DNA of 64,000 bases from an uncultured Hyphomicrobiales bacterium (GCA_964413155.1 CAYPRT010000001.1:102702-166701), one strand, 5' to 3'. Positions 41,113 through 51,690 are shown, counted from the first letter of the stretch. The notes: a model not told the origin generated them from the sequence alone. Numbers and translations are program-made.

Positions 41113-42390
41113 ATGAAATTATTACTAATTGGTGGCGGAGGCAGAGAACATACGCTTGCTTGGAAAATCAAACAATCTAATCCGCAAGCAAAAATTTACT
41201 CACCATCAACAAACGCAGGTATTTTGTCAATAGCCGAATATATCGAAGTTAACGAAAATAATTTCGAGGAAGTTTCTCGATTTTGCAAAGAAAACAAAAT
41301 TGATTTCGCCATTGTTGGTCCCGAGGCCCCTCTTGCAAAAGGAATAACAGACGCTTTGCAAGAGCAAAAAATTCCTGTTTTCGGACCAACCAAAAATGCT
41401 GCGCGAATTGAATCCTCGAAGTCGTTTGCAAAAGAATTTATGGTTCGCCATAATATTCCAACGGCTAATTTTGCAACCTTCGATTATACAGAAGAAAATA
41501 AAGCAATCGAGTACATTCAATCGCTCGTTCCACCCATAGTAGTTAAGGCTGATGGATTGGCAGCAGGCAAAGGTGTTGTTGTTTGTCAATCGAATGACGA
41601 AGCTAAAGCCACGGTCCATTCTATGTTCTCTGGTCAATTTAAAGAAGCAGGGAAAAAAATCGTTATCGAAGAATATCTTGAAGGCGACGAAGCTTCTATC
41701 CTTGCTTTGACGGATGGGGAAGATTACATCATTTTACCATCTGCTCAAGACCACAAGAGGATTTTCGATGAAGACAAAGGTAAAAACACAGGCGGAATGG
41801 GCTCATATTCCCCTACTCCACTAATCTCAAATTCCTTGATTGATGAAATCGAACGAACTATCCTCCGACCGGCAATTTTAGGAATGGCAAAGGAAGGATA
41901 CCCATTCAAAGGTTGTCTATATGCAGGATTAATGATACACAATAACAAGCCCAAAGTTGTTGAATTCAACTGCCGTTTTGGCGACCCCGAAACTCAATCT
42001 GTCCTACCTTTAATTGAAGGTGATTTTTGTTCACTACTTTATTCAATCGCCGAAGGTAAAATAACGAAATCTTATTATGGTGGATACAAACAAAAATACG
42101 CATGCTGTGTAGTTATTGCTTCAAAAGGATATCCCGACCACTACGAAAAAGGTTTTATTATCGAAGGAATCGAGGATGCAGAAAAAATTGGCTGTCTTGT
42201 ATTTCACTCCGGCACTAAACTCCTCGGCGACAAAATTGTAACAGATGGTGGTCGTGTTCTTGGGGTTGTTGGTATGGGAGATTCTTTACAGGATTCGATA
42301 AACAAAGCTTACGAAGGAGTAGGATTAATCAATTTTGAAAATAAATATTATCGTACAGATATTGGCAAGAAAGGGTTGAAGTATAAATAA
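41113..42390 (+). CDS. purD: Phosphoribosylamine--glycine ligase
   Basis: MKLLLIGGGGREH...ATP-grasp motifs. 425 aa. Confidence 0.9.
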   Translation: MKLLLIGGGGREHTLAWKIKQSNPQAKIYSPSTNAGILSIAEYIEVNENNFEEVSRFCKENKIDFAIVGPEAPLAKGITDALQEQKIPVFGPTKNAARIESSKSFAKEFMVRHNIPTANFATFDYTEENKAIEYIQSLVPPIVVKADGLAAGKGVVVCQSNDEAKATVHSMFSGQFKEAGKKIVIEEYLEGDEASILALTDGEDYIILPSAQDHKRIFDEDKGKNTGGMGSYSPTPLISNSLIDEIERTILRPAILGMAKEGYPFKGCLYAGLMIHNNKPKVVEFNCRFGDPETQSVLPLIEGDFCSLLYSIAEGKITKSYYGGYKQKYACCVVIASKGYPDHYEKGFIIEGIEDAEKIGCLVFHSGTKLLGDKIVTDGGRVLGVVGMGDSLQDSINKAYEGVGLINFENKYYRTDIGKKGLKYK

Positions 42391-42392
42391 AA

Positions 42393-42416
42393 AAGGGGCT
42401 TGGTTTCAAGCCCCTG
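42393..42416. terminator. Hairpin terminator (T-run on minus strand; may act bidirectionally)
   Basis: AGGGGCTTG-GTTT-CAAGCCCCT preceded by an A-run, which gives a U-run for the minus-strand DUF2721 transcript. Confidence 0.5.
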
Positions 42417-42431
42417 CGTTAATTAAGCTTG

Positions 42432-42896
42432 CTAACTTTTGATTTCCACAAGAGCAATTTTATAACCCCAGATAATTTCTCGTGCAAGGAAAATACTTCC
42501 AACAACAACCGATATCATTCCTGCAAGAAATAGTGCAAATATTAATATTCTTAAATCAATTAGAAATGCATAACTTACTCCGATTAACAAAGAAGTCAAC
42601 ACAAATAGAGCAACAGCAATAGTATACGACAAAACAGCTTGAACAATAAAAGGGATTCGGTGTTCGAAAAGCTCAAGCTGATGCTTAACCGAGTTCAGCC
42701 GAGATTGAATTTGCCCACTTGAAAGCTCTTCCTTTTCGCCTTCGAGCAATCTTCGTTTTTCATCGTTTAAATCACGGATTCTATCGACTACTGCTGAATA
42801 CTTATTGTTTGTGACAAGAAGCATTAATGAACACGCAGAAACCATAACACCCGGAGCTAGCATTGTTTGAATCAATTCTGCAATTGAAGGACTCAT
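42432..42896 (-). CDS. DUF2721-like two-TM membrane protein
   Basis: N-terminal motif LAPGVMVSACSLMLLVTNNKYSAVVDRIRDL, central coiled region, and a second TM pair resemble DUF2721. Confidence 0.45.
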   Translation of the reverse strand: MSPSIAELIQTMLAPGVMVSACSLMLLVTNNKYSAVVDRIRDLNDEKRRLLEGEKEELSSGQIQSRLNSVKHQLELFEHRIPFIVQAVLSYTIAVALFVLTSLLIGVSYAFLIDLRILIFALFLAGMISVVVGSIFLAREIIWGYKIALVEIKS

Positions 42897-42954
42897 TTTT
42901 TGTCACCAAAGTTGTAATCAAAATGTTGTTTGTCGATTTATTTTGTAATTTATT

Positions 42955-44280
42955 TTATCTTCGGAATGAAAAATAAGAACCAATTCCTAAACCAACAATT
43001 TCATCGAAACCACCAAATCCGGGATTGCGGTAATAAACAAAAGAAAGAAAAGTTTGCGAACTTGTGACAGTGTTACCTTCGAACTCGTCGTAGGAGATTT
43101 TGACAACATTTCCCTGGTCGTCCAATTTGCCGGTAGCATACAGGTAATTATGTCGGGCCCTTCGAATCCACTGTCGTAATTTATAAAGTCGTTCATTTTC
43201 ATCATAAAACATTTTCCAATCTTTGGAAGGTTGCCAATTATTAAATGAACCAACAAGAAATACTTCTTCGGATGTCTCCCAGCCTTCGGGGTCGAGAACA
43301 AATTCAAGATAAATGTAGTCATCGTAGCTCGGGGGAATAAAAGTTGTCACCAAAGCCCCATCGTCGTGCTGTTCGAAATAGCTTCCACGGCGACGAATAT
43401 CCGACATTGGGAGCCGAATTGGTGCGTTAATCGCAGGATACAATGCCAAATTCGATAAATCAAGGACTCGATATCCATTTTCGGCTGGGACTTCCCCGAT
43501 TCGAAAAACCTTTCCACTCGACAGAAACCCATATATTGAAGTCGAAAAATTATATTTATAGTATTCACTATTAAAAGAATACATTGAAACAACCAAAGGC
43601 TCGTACCAACGATGATTACGATAAAAAACCACCGAATGTAAGAAATTCTCAATCAGCTTTGCCCTTTGTGGGGCAGTTACAAGAGCTTCGATATCAAATG
43701 CAGAAGCTGTGACGTTGCGTCCGGGTTTGTAAAAATCCGAGTAAAACCTTAATTCCACATTTACAATTGGTTTTACAACAAAGAATCTGGCTTCAGCAAG
43801 AACTTGCTCTGGTTTTGAATAATCATACAATTTTATTTTCCAATTTCCAGAATATTTAAATTTTACCTGTTCGTTTGGAATTATTATTTTGCCACGAAAA
43901 TTATAGTACTTTGAACTAATTGGGGCAGATTCCCAAAAAATATTGCTCGTCCGATATGCTGTTGCTTCGTTTATAAAAATATTCTCGTCTTCTTTCCAAT
44001 CATATGAACAATGTACAAATCGAGCAAACATATTTGGAGGTACTCTACTTGCTACATCGAATTCGACAACGAGTTTTTCGCTTTGCAACCCAACAGAGTA
44101 TGCAGTTGTTTCATCATTAATTACAATAACTGGAGGGTCGAGCTCGCTTCTTTCACCATAAATTCTAATGAAACGAACAATAGGTTCCGAAAAGTTTGAA
44201 ATTATGTTAAGACTCTGACTTTCTTGGGAAAAAGCAAATGTAAAATTAAATAAAAGAATTAATGGAAAGTGAATTTTCAT
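42955..44280 (-). CDS. Secreted protein with DUF5103/T9SS-plug-like N-terminal region and C-terminal CBM48/AMPK-beta glycogen-binding-like (E-set) domain
   Basis: Signal peptide MKIHFPLILLFNFTFAFSQ (ATG 44280). C-terminal EVFLVGSFNNWQPSKDWKMFYDENERLYKL is an AMPK1_CBM-like motif. Start overlaps the stop of the upstream barrel gene (TAATG). Confidence 0.4.
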   Translation of the reverse strand: MKIHFPLILLFNFTFAFSQESQSLNIISNFSEPIVRFIRIYGERSELDPPVIVINDETTAYSVGLQSEKLVVEFDVASRVPPNMFARFVHCSYDWKEDENIFINEATAYRTSNIFWESAPISSKYYNFRGKIIIPNEQVKFKYSGNWKIKLYDYSKPEQVLAEARFFVVKPIVNVELRFYSDFYKPGRNVTASAFDIEALVTAPQRAKLIENFLHSVVFYRNHRWYEPLVVSMYSFNSEYYKYNFSTSIYGFLSSGKVFRIGEVPAENGYRVLDLSNLALYPAINAPIRLPMSDIRRRGSYFEQHDDGALVTTFIPPSYDDYIYLEFVLDPEGWETSEEVFLVGSFNNWQPSKDWKMFYDENERLYKLRQWIRRARHNYLYATGKLDDQGNVVKISYDEFEGNTVTSSQTFLSFVYYRNPGFGGFDEIVGLGIGSYFSFRR

Positions 44281-44951
44281 TACCAAGAAAACCTATAAAG
44301 TAATCCCAAGCCTAACCAAAAAATCGACGGATTATGTTTGCTCGAAATGCTTTGTTTTTGCAAACTAGTTTCAAAACCAACCAATGGGTCGCTGGCAGGA
44401 TATTCTGAATAAATACTCTTCAAGGGATATCTAATTTGTGCGCCTAAAAAAATTGTATTTACTGAATCAGCATAAACAGAAATTGTATAACCTAAATGAA
44501 CATCGAAAACCCACGACAAATTATCTTTGGGTAATTTCTCTTGAAATTTTCCAGAAATAGGATATAGAAATCCAAAGCCAAAGGTGAAATTGTTAAAAGT
44601 TGAAACCAAATCGAAAGGAATGTAATTAATTGTAAAATCAAATGAGTTTCCATTAGGAATGAACTCAGGTGATAAATTATCCAATTCGATAGAATAACTT
44701 TTCGAAACAAACCCAGTTTGAATTCCTAAAAAAACAGAAGAATCAATTGCTTTATTGAAAGATATGAAGAAACTAGGGATTTTCCCTAAAGCAGGCAAAT
44801 TTTTTCTTCCAGGGGTAGAAACAAAATTAATTCCTAAACTTCCAAAAGTTGAAAACGAAAGAGAATAAGAAGGTGGGGAAGAAATTAACGACATTTCTTC
44901 CCCAAAAAGAAAACTGAATAGAAACAAAGTAACAATACAAAACTTTTTCAT
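44280..44951 (-). CDS. Small outer-membrane beta-barrel protein (PorT/OMP_b-brl_2-like)
   Basis: Signal peptide MKKFCIVTLFLFSFLFG. Alternating amphipathic beta-strands, 223 aa, C-terminal aromatic (RFSW). Confidence 0.45.
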   Translation of the reverse strand: MKKFCIVTLFLFSFLFGEEMSLISSPPSYSLSFSTFGSLGINFVSTPGRKNLPALGKIPSFFISFNKAIDSSVFLGIQTGFVSKSYSIELDNLSPEFIPNGNSFDFTINYIPFDLVSTFNNFTFGFGFLYPISGKFQEKLPKDNLSWVFDVHLGYTISVYADSVNTIFLGAQIRYPLKSIYSEYPASDPLVGFETSLQKQSISSKHNPSIFWLGLGLLYRFSW

Positions 44952-44958
44952 TTTTGTA

Positions 44959-46998
44959 TTAATTAATATATTTCAAAGCTTCCTCGGCAGCATCAATCAA
45001 TGGTTTAGGAGAAATATCTGAACCAACCGCATTTTTCATCCAAAAGCTGGGAGTTAATCTTCCTTGTGTAAGAATACGATATATTTCATTTGCAAAATCT
45101 TTACCTTCAAGATACTTTTCGATTTGAAATTCAATCAAATGGCCCAGCGGGTAGGCTGGCAAATACAAAGGATAGTCAATCATATGGGAATAAATAGCCA
45201 ATATTGGTTCGTCCTTTTTACCAAAAACCGGAGCATAATATTTGTTCCATACTTCTTTTGCAATGCGGACCACAGCATTTTTAAGTTCTTCGGCATTAGC
45301 ATTTGGATTCTTGTACATCCAATTCCAAACATACATATCAACAAGAGCAACACCCATAATCTCGTAGGAAGCCCAGAAATTATCCAGTGCAGTTAAATAC
45401 TTGCTCATTGGGTCAGGATTTTTAATTCCAAGTAAATCAAGATCTCTTTTTTGGAAAATAAACGCCATTGCTTCGGTAAAAGCTGTATTTGGAACCCCAG
45501 AAAGCATATAATAATCAACTTTTTGCAATGTCAACGTTTGCTCCACGTTGTGACCAAATTCGTGAATAGCAATGTTATAACCTTTGTAATCCATACCATC
45601 CTTACCAATTCGAGTACGAAGGTGTGCTTTTTCGCTACGCATTTGAGCTCCCCAAGCGTGACCAGCACCACGAGCTGGGTCGACTTCAACTTTGGAGGCA
45701 ATGAAATTTGCAAGTTCATTCGAGAATCCAAGTTTCATCAAAATATTTGGTAAGTCGGCAGCAAATGCCTCGTTATTGGGATATTTTTGTCGAGTGATTT
45801 CACTCAATTTACCTTCGTCCATAGTGCTTCGTGCTTTAAACCCATCGTACCAAATATCGAAAGGCTCAAGAGGTCGATTTAATCGTTTCTGTATCAAATC
45901 CGCAACTTTTTTCACTGTTTCGGATGAAAGCAATTCCACAAATAGACGTTCAATTTCGCCTTCAGAAATTTCAAATTCTAAATCGAATTTTCTGCTTATG
46001 TATGTTGGATATTCAGGATAAAACTTATCCACTGCTTTACGCACGAGAAAATTATCCAATAGATACTGATAGCGAGTATTTGGTTCTGATTTAAATGGAA
46101 CTTCCTTGTTTTCTTTGTATACTTTATTCTTGAAAGGATTCCACTGGTACTCGGGATTATTTATAACTTGCTGGGGAATAGTTTGAAAAATTATATGCTT
46201 CATCACTTCGTAAATCATCTTTTGTTTGAATAATCCATCGTCCTTGCCATATTGCGATTTAATTTCATCGCGCAAGTTCCAATGTGAAATCAGCTTTTTC
46301 TCTTTAGGAAAGTATGTTCTAAAAGCATCGTCGACAAGGTTGCCAACATATATGTTATATTGCGAGATGTACGAATCTGCTTTAGTTGTAACTTCAGAAA
46401 TCTTTTGCAAATATTCGCTTGGGACACGCGAAGTAAAAATGTCACCCATACGAGCATAAGCCCATTGTTTGCGTGTCCATTTACTTCCTTGCTCGTTCTT
46501 TTCTTTCAAGGAGAAGTTTGGAAAATTCAAATTCACATAGAAAGCAATCTTATTTTTAAAGAAATCATTAATCAGATTCGCAGAAGGATCGTAACCGGCA
46601 AACATCAAGTCGATTGGATAAATTTCGCCAAGGTCCAGATGAAGCTGGCGATTTAATTCAAGTGTAATCTTATTGAAATGCCCACCAATTACTTCGAAAT
46701 AATTAGAAAGGCGGTTAAAAATTACATCCAAAGTATCACCTTGGGGAACAAAGTTATTAAAGCAGAAGTCAAAAAAGTCTTTCTTGCTTCCATCTTCTTC
46801 TGTCCAAAAATTTGCCATTTGGTTGATACTTTTTTCGATGCGAAAACGCTCGGTTTCGCCATACTTTTGAACTAACGCTTTGATAGTCTTTTGAATAGTT
46901 GCTTTGTCGATAAATTTCTTCATTTCCTGTTCTTTGTTAGTTGTGCAAAAAGTAAAAAGAAAAATAGAAAAAACCAGAAACACAAAAGTGTTTTTCAT
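44959..46998 (-). CDS. Lipoprotein HExxH zinc metallopeptidase (M3-like oligopeptidase candidate)
   Basis: ATG at 46998; the track extension to 47052 was rejected. Signal plus lipobox FLFTFC. HEFGHNVEQ motif. ~680 aa, typical of M3 oligopeptidases. Confidence 0.5.
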   Translation of the reverse strand: MKNTFVFLVFSIFLFTFCTTNKEQEMKKFIDKATIQKTIKALVQKYGETERFRIEKSINQMANFWTEEDGSKKDFFDFCFNNFVPQGDTLDVIFNRLSNYFEVIGGHFNKITLELNRQLHLDLGEIYPIDLMFAGYDPSANLINDFFKNKIAFYVNLNFPNFSLKEKNEQGSKWTRKQWAYARMGDIFTSRVPSEYLQKISEVTTKADSYISQYNIYVGNLVDDAFRTYFPKEKKLISHWNLRDEIKSQYGKDDGLFKQKMIYEVMKHIIFQTIPQQVINNPEYQWNPFKNKVYKENKEVPFKSEPNTRYQYLLDNFLVRKAVDKFYPEYPTYISRKFDLEFEISEGEIERLFVELLSSETVKKVADLIQKRLNRPLEPFDIWYDGFKARSTMDEGKLSEITRQKYPNNEAFAADLPNILMKLGFSNELANFIASKVEVDPARGAGHAWGAQMRSEKAHLRTRIGKDGMDYKGYNIAIHEFGHNVEQTLTLQKVDYYMLSGVPNTAFTEAMAFIFQKRDLDLLGIKNPDPMSKYLTALDNFWASYEIMGVALVDMYVWNWMYKNPNANAEELKNAVVRIAKEVWNKYYAPVFGKKDEPILAIYSHMIDYPLYLPAYPLGHLIEFQIEKYLEGKDFANEIYRILTQGRLTPSFWMKNAVGSDISPKPLIDAAEEALKYIN

Positions 46999-47065
46999 AT
47001 TTCCACCAAAGATTTTAAAATAAATACAAAAATAAAAAATGTTGAGGTTCAAACGAAATATATTT

Positions 47066-47141
47066 TGGGCGAGCTACGGGATTCGAACCCGTGACCCTCA
47101 GAGCCACAATCTGATGCTCTGCCAGCTGAGCTAAGCTCGCC
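47066..47141 (-). tRNA. tRNA-His (anticodon GTG) with genomically encoded G-1 and CCA
   Basis: Minus-strand reading G-GCGAGCT..TCAGA-TTGTGGC-TCTGA..GGGTTCGAATCCCGT-AGCTCGC-C-CA. Cloverleaf stems all pair, anticodon loop TTGTGGC, and the extra 5' G pairs with discriminator C73. Confidence 0.9.
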
Positions 47142-47329
47142 ATATATTCAGATACAAAATTAACAAAATTTAACTAATTCGGAAAATATTAATTAGGATT
47201 TTGTTGGAAGGAAGTTAAACCAGTATATTACAACTCAAAGTTTCAAGTCTTTCTAATCAATGTTAATCCGATAAAATTTTTTAATTTTGTAACTTATTTT
47301 TTTGAAAGCAATAAATTTTGGAGTCGAAA

Positions 47330-47485
47330 ATGAAGAGAACATATCAACCAAGTAGACGACACCGACTTAATACACACGGGTTTCGCGCTCGAATGGCAAC
47401 CAAAGATGGCAGGAAAGTCTTAGCTCGGCGGCGAGCAAAAGGTCGCTATAAGCTAACAGTTTCCGACGAAAAGAAAAAATATTAA
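47330..47485 (+). CDS. rpmH: 50S ribosomal protein L34
   Basis: [57 protein letters not shown]. Too short for the ORF track. Confidence 0.9.
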   Translation: MKRTYQPSRRHRLNTHGFRARMATKDGRKVLARRRAKGRYKLTVSDEKKKY

Positions 47486-47496
47486 TCTAAATTTTT

Positions 47497-47910
47497 GTGA
47501 AATACAAACTTGAAACAATTAAACGGCAAAAAGAATTTGAGTTCTTATTTGAAAATGGAAGAAGGTTTTCTTCTGGTAGCCTTCGAGCAGTTGTTTTGCC
47601 TAAAGCAGAAACTGAACTTGAAAACGAAAAATACACTATTCGCTATGCTGTTCAAGTTAGCAGAAAGGTAACTAAAAAAAGTGTTGTTAGAAATAGAATC
47701 AAAAGATTGCTACGTGAATCACTCAGAAAACTCGCAAAAGAAGAGATGAAGGACAAAATTTTCATTTTTAAATATATTTTTCTTAACTGGCTTACTGCCC
47801 CAAAACGTCCGTGCGAGATTCATCTTTCCGATGTTTATCCATTCACATACTCTGTTCTATACGAAGCCTACCTTTATTTCGCAAAAAATGATAAAGGTGA
47901 GCAAAAATGA
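47497..47910 (+). CDS. rnpA: Ribonuclease P protein component
   Basis: Immediately downstream of rpmH. RnpA-like basic motif ([15 protein letters not shown]). GTG start, no ATG available. Confidence 0.8.
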   Translation: MKYKLETIKRQKEFEFLFENGRRFSSGSLRAVVLPKAETELENEKYTIRYAVQVSRKVTKKSVVRNRIKRLLRESLRKLAKEEMKDKIFIFKYIFLNWLTAPKRPCEIHLSDVYPFTYSVLYEAYLYFAKNDKGEQK

Positions 47911-48116
47911 AGCATATTTTGATTTTTTTCGTTCAATTATACCGCCGGTTGATTTCGCCTCTTCTTCCACCCAGTTGTCGATTCTATCCAACTTGTTCAG
48001 AGTATACTATCGAAGCTTTATCTAAATATGGTGCTCTCAAAGGTAGTCTGCTTAGTATTCGAAGAATATCACGGTGCCATCCTTTCCACCCAGGTGGTTA
48101 CGACCCTGTTCCTTAA
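47907..48116 (+). CDS. yidD: Membrane protein insertion efficiency factor YidD
   Basis: [22 protein letters not shown]...[13 protein letters not shown] is the canonical YidD sequence. Overlaps the rnpA stop. Confidence 0.85.
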   Translation: MKHILIFFVQLYRRLISPLLPPSCRFYPTCSEYTIEALSKYGALKGSLLSIRRISRCHPFHPGGYDPVP

Positions 48117-48135
48117 CTAACATTGTAGGTTTGAT

Positions 48136-49986
48136 ATGGATAAAAAATCAATTCTGGGCTTAATTTTAATTGCAATAATCTTGACAATTTGGACTTTTTA
48201 CATTTCAATTAAGCAAGTTCCGCCCACCAAGCCTGCCCCAAAACAGGATACAACTGAAATTGCAAAAACAACCCCACCAAAATCCGATACCATTCAAACT
48301 ACTGTTCCAGATTCAATAAAAGTTGTTAATCAATTTGGAGTTGCATTTGCTCCTCTCGTTGGTGGAATTGAAAGAGTAATCACAATTGAAAACGACCTTG
48401 TAAAAGCACAAATTTCCTCCAAAGGAGCAACCCTTTTAAAATGGACATTGAAAAAATTCAAATCGTGGAATGGCTATCCAACACAATTAATTTGGACCCA
48501 AGGAGGGACACCTACCCTTTCTATTAATACACGAGATAACCTTAAAATCGATGATAGGAATTTAAATTTCGAAGTTTCGGCATCTTCGGATTACATAAAA
48601 ATTACCGGCAATGATTCAATTGAAATAATTGCAAAACTTGATTTTGGAAACAATCGGTTTATTGCAAAGAAGCTTATCTTTTATGGCAATAAATATCATT
48701 TCCATCAAGAAATCATCTTCAATAATGTAGATGAATATATTACAACTCGCGGATACAATCTGCAATGGCAAAATGGATTGCGATATCAAGAGTTAAACTC
48801 CGTCGACGAATCGAACGAAGCAAAAGCAATCGTATCATTGAACGGAGAAATCGAGGAAGCCGATGCAACAAGCGATGAACCAGTTTCAATTGCACCCTCG
48901 GGGAAATTGGATTTTGCTGCTGTTAAAATAAAATACTTCACCGCAGCAATTATTCCTTCGCCCAAAGGTTCAATAGATGGAACAGTGTATGTTTCGGGTT
49001 ACCGACAACACATCGAAAACAATGGCATTATCGAAAAATACAATCTTTCTTTGAATATTCCCTACCGTGGCGGTGTTCAGCAAAGAGCCTTCGATATTTA
49101 CATTGGTCCAATAGATTATTCTATCGTAAATAGTTACGGAATATCTGCTGTAGTTAACTTCGGATGGAGATTTCTTGTTCGTCCCATTGGCGAGTTCTTT
49201 ATGTTGCCAATTTTCAAATTAATCTACCACCTAATTGGCAATTACGGAATTAGCATTATAATCTTTGCATTATTAATGAAGTTTTTGCTCTATCCACTTA
49301 CAATCTCGCAAATGCGCGCTTCGCAACGGATGCAATTAATTTCACCAGAATTGCAAAAAATACGCGATAAATACAAAGACGACCCCCAGAAAATGAACCA
49401 AGAAATAATGAAATTATACTCTGAATATGGAATTAACCCAATGGGGGGTTGCCTTCCTCTACTTTTGCAATTACCAATTTTGTATGCACTTTGGGCGGTA
49501 CTGCGAACTGCAATTGAACTTCGTCAGTCTCCATTTGTTTTGTGGATTACAGACCTTTCGCTGCCTGATTACATTTTAAATCTGCCAATTTCCTTCTTTG
49601 GAATTAAGCATATTTCTGGGCTCGCTATCTTGATGGGATTGACGCTATTCTTCCAGCAGAAATTAACAATAACCGACCCACGACAAAAATCTATGATTTA
49701 CATAATGCCTATTCTTTTTGTCTTTTTATTCTCTTATTTCCCTTCGGGTTTAAACTTGTACTATTTCGCATTTAATTTATTTAGCATTGTACACCAAATT
49801 TATTTAAATAAATTTTCAAAGAAGAAAATCACTCTTGAAGATTTAAAGAGACAACCAAAGAAAGAAGGTTGGTTCCAACGAAAACTTCGAGAAGCTCAAG
49901 AAATAGCTGAATCGCAAGGTAAGCGAATACCAGGTCGAACCCAACAAAACATCCAAAGACAACGAACTCAGAAAAAGAAAAAATAA
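48136..49986 (+). CDS. yidC: Membrane protein insertase YidC
   Basis: N-terminal TM plus large periplasmic domain. Conserved C-terminal 5-TM core (GGCLPLLLQLPILYALW). Lys-rich tail. Confidence 0.9.
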   Translation: MDKKSILGLILIAIILTIWTFYISIKQVPPTKPAPKQDTTEIAKTTPPKSDTIQTTVPDSIKVVNQFGVAFAPLVGGIERVITIENDLVKAQISSKGATLLKWTLKKFKSWNGYPTQLIWTQGGTPTLSINTRDNLKIDDRNLNFEVSASSDYIKITGNDSIEIIAKLDFGNNRFIAKKLIFYGNKYHFHQEIIFNNVDEYITTRGYNLQWQNGLRYQELNSVDESNEAKAIVSLNGEIEEADATSDEPVSIAPSGKLDFAAVKIKYFTAAIIPSPKGSIDGTVYVSGYRQHIENNGIIEKYNLSLNIPYRGGVQQRAFDIYIGPIDYSIVNSYGISAVVNFGWRFLVRPIGEFFMLPIFKLIYHLIGNYGISIIIFALLMKFLLYPLTISQMRASQRMQLISPELQKIRDKYKDDPQKMNQEIMKLYSEYGINPMGGCLPLLLQLPILYALWAVLRTAIELRQSPFVLWITDLSLPDYILNLPISFFGIKHISGLAILMGLTLFFQQKLTITDPRQKSMIYIMPILFVFLFSYFPSGLNLYYFAFNLFSIVHQIYLNKFSKKKITLEDLKRQPKKEGWFQRKLREAQEIAESQGKRIPGRTQQNIQRQRTQKKKK

Positions 49987-50011
49987 ACAAAAATATTTTC
50001 AAAATTCTTTA

Positions 50012-50656
50012 TTAATCTGGCAAATCAATTTCGGATTTCAATTGCTCTAAAATTCTGCTTATTGTGTCCCAATCGAAACCCTTGCGGAAAAGAAATTGTC
50101 CAATATTTTGAAGTATATTCTTCTTTTTATTTGATTGAGAAAGAATTTTCATTCTTTTCTTGGCAAGTATTAAAGCATTTTCAAATTCAGATTCATCTGT
50201 ATCTACTTCCTTCAAAACTTGTTCAATAATATCTTTGCCGATACCTTTAGAAAACAAATCATTTTGAATTTTCCTTTTACTTTGTTTTTTTGAATGAATT
50301 GCATAATTCACATAATCTTTCGCATATTTAAAATCATCGAGATAACCAAAGTCTTCGAGGAAAGAAATGACATTATCAATAATTTTCTGGCTAAATTTTT
50401 CCTTTTCGAGTTTTTGAATAATCTGCGATTTAGTTCGTGGCTTAAAAGAGATAAAGTTTAGAGCTATATTTTTAGCATCAATTATTTTTTGTTCTTCAAG
50501 AATAATTTCGAGTTCCTGTTTTGATAATCTTTTTGCTTTCGAAAGCTTAAATTTTGCAACTAAGTCGATAGATAAAGGAATTATCTCCCCATTACTTAAC
50601 TCCAAAAAGTACTTCTTACCATCCTTCGAAGCTTTGATAGAATTGATTTGAAACAA
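50012..50656 (-). CDS. recX: Recombination regulator RecX
   Basis: 2 nt downstream of recA. Three-helix repeat pattern typical of RecX. Apparent TTG start. Confidence 0.7.
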   Translation of the reverse strand: MFQINSIKASKDGKKYFLELSNGEIIPLSIDLVAKFKLSKAKRLSKQELEIILEEQKIIDAKNIALNFISFKPRTKSQIIQKLEKEKFSQKIIDNVISFLEDFGYLDDFKYAKDYVNYAIHSKKQSKRKIQNDLFSKGIGKDIIEQVLKEVDTDESEFENALILAKKRMKILSQSNKKKNILQNIGQFLFRKGFDWDTISRILEQLKSEIDLPD

Positions 50657-50658
50657 AA

Positions 50659-51690
50659 CTACAACCGAGGCAAGTTCAACAATTCTCGGATTTTAAGTTC
50701 AAGATTTTTCAAAAGTTCAGGATTGTCGAGCAAATATTTCCTCAGGCCTTCTCGGCCTTGAATTCTTTCGTTGTTGAAAGTAAACCAGGAACCCGCCTTC
50801 GAAATCAATTCAAAATTAATTGCCACTTCAATTAAATCATTTATTTTAGAAATTCCTTCGTTGTAAAGGATATCGAATTCAACTTCCTTGAAAGGTGGAG
50901 CAACTTTGTTTTTAACAATTTTAGCTCGAACCCGATTACCGATGATTTCCTGACCATCCTTGATGATATCCTTTCTTCGAATATCAATACGAACAGAGGC
51001 ATAAAATTTCAAAGCATTACCGCCAGTGGTAGTTTCTGGATTACCAAACATAACCCCGAGTTTGCTTCGCAATTGATTGGTGAAAACAACGCAAGTGTTC
51101 GATTTTGCTATAACAGCATTCAATTTTCTCATCGCTTGCGACATAAGACGAGCTTGGACTCCCATTTGCGGGTCGCCCATTTCCCCTTCGATTTCAACCC
51201 GTGGGGTCAAAGCCGCAACTGAATCTATAACAATAACATCAATAGCATTGCTACGAGCCAAAGTTTCGACAATTTCAAGTGCTTGCTCGCCAAATTCTGG
51301 TTGCGATAGTAAAAGCGAACTTAAATCGACGCCCAACTTTTGTGCATAATTAACATCGAGAGCGTGTTCAGTATCTATAAAAGCCGCCAAACCTCCGTTC
51401 TTTTGTGCTTCTGCAATGATATGTAAACAAACCGTAGTTTTACCCGAAGATTCAGGACCAAAAATTTCAGTAATTCTTCCTCGGGGCACTCCCCCAATTC
51501 CAATTGCTGCATCGAGCGAAAGACAACCGGTCGAAATAGCATCAACTTGAACAATATTTTTATCGCTAAGTCGCATTATTGAACCTTTTCCGAACTGTTT
51601 TTCAATTTGGTCAATAGCCAAAGAAACTGCTCGAAGTTTTTCTTCGGCTATTTTACTAGTTTCTGTTTTTTGTTCCTTTGTAGTTGCCAT
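50659..51690 (-). CDS. recA: Recombinase RecA
   Basis: Walker [11 protein letters not shown]1/L2 loops, conserved throughout. 343 aa. Confidence 0.95.
   Translation of the reverse strand: MATTKEQKTETSKIAEEKLRAVSLAIDQIEKQFGKGSIMRLSDKNIVQVDAISTGCLSLDAAIGIGGVPRGRITEIFGPESSGKTTVCLHIIAEAQKNGGLAAFIDTEHALDVNYAQKLGVDLSSLLLSQPEFGEQALEIVETLARSNAIDVIVIDSVAALTPRVEIEGEMGDPQMGVQARLMSQAMRKLNAVIAKSNTCVVFTNQLRSKLGVMFGNPETTTGGNALKFYASVRIDIRRKDIIKDGQEIIGNRVRAKIVKNKVAPPFKEVEFDILYNEGISKINDLIEVAINFELISKAGSWFTFNNERIQGREGLRKYLLDNPELLKNLELKIRELLNLPRL

Noticed and set aside
47066-47141. Possibility that tRNA-His lacks the G-1 residue
   Set aside because: Re-registering the cloverleaf shows the extra 5' G is encoded and pairs with discriminator C73. 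All stems then pair perfectly.
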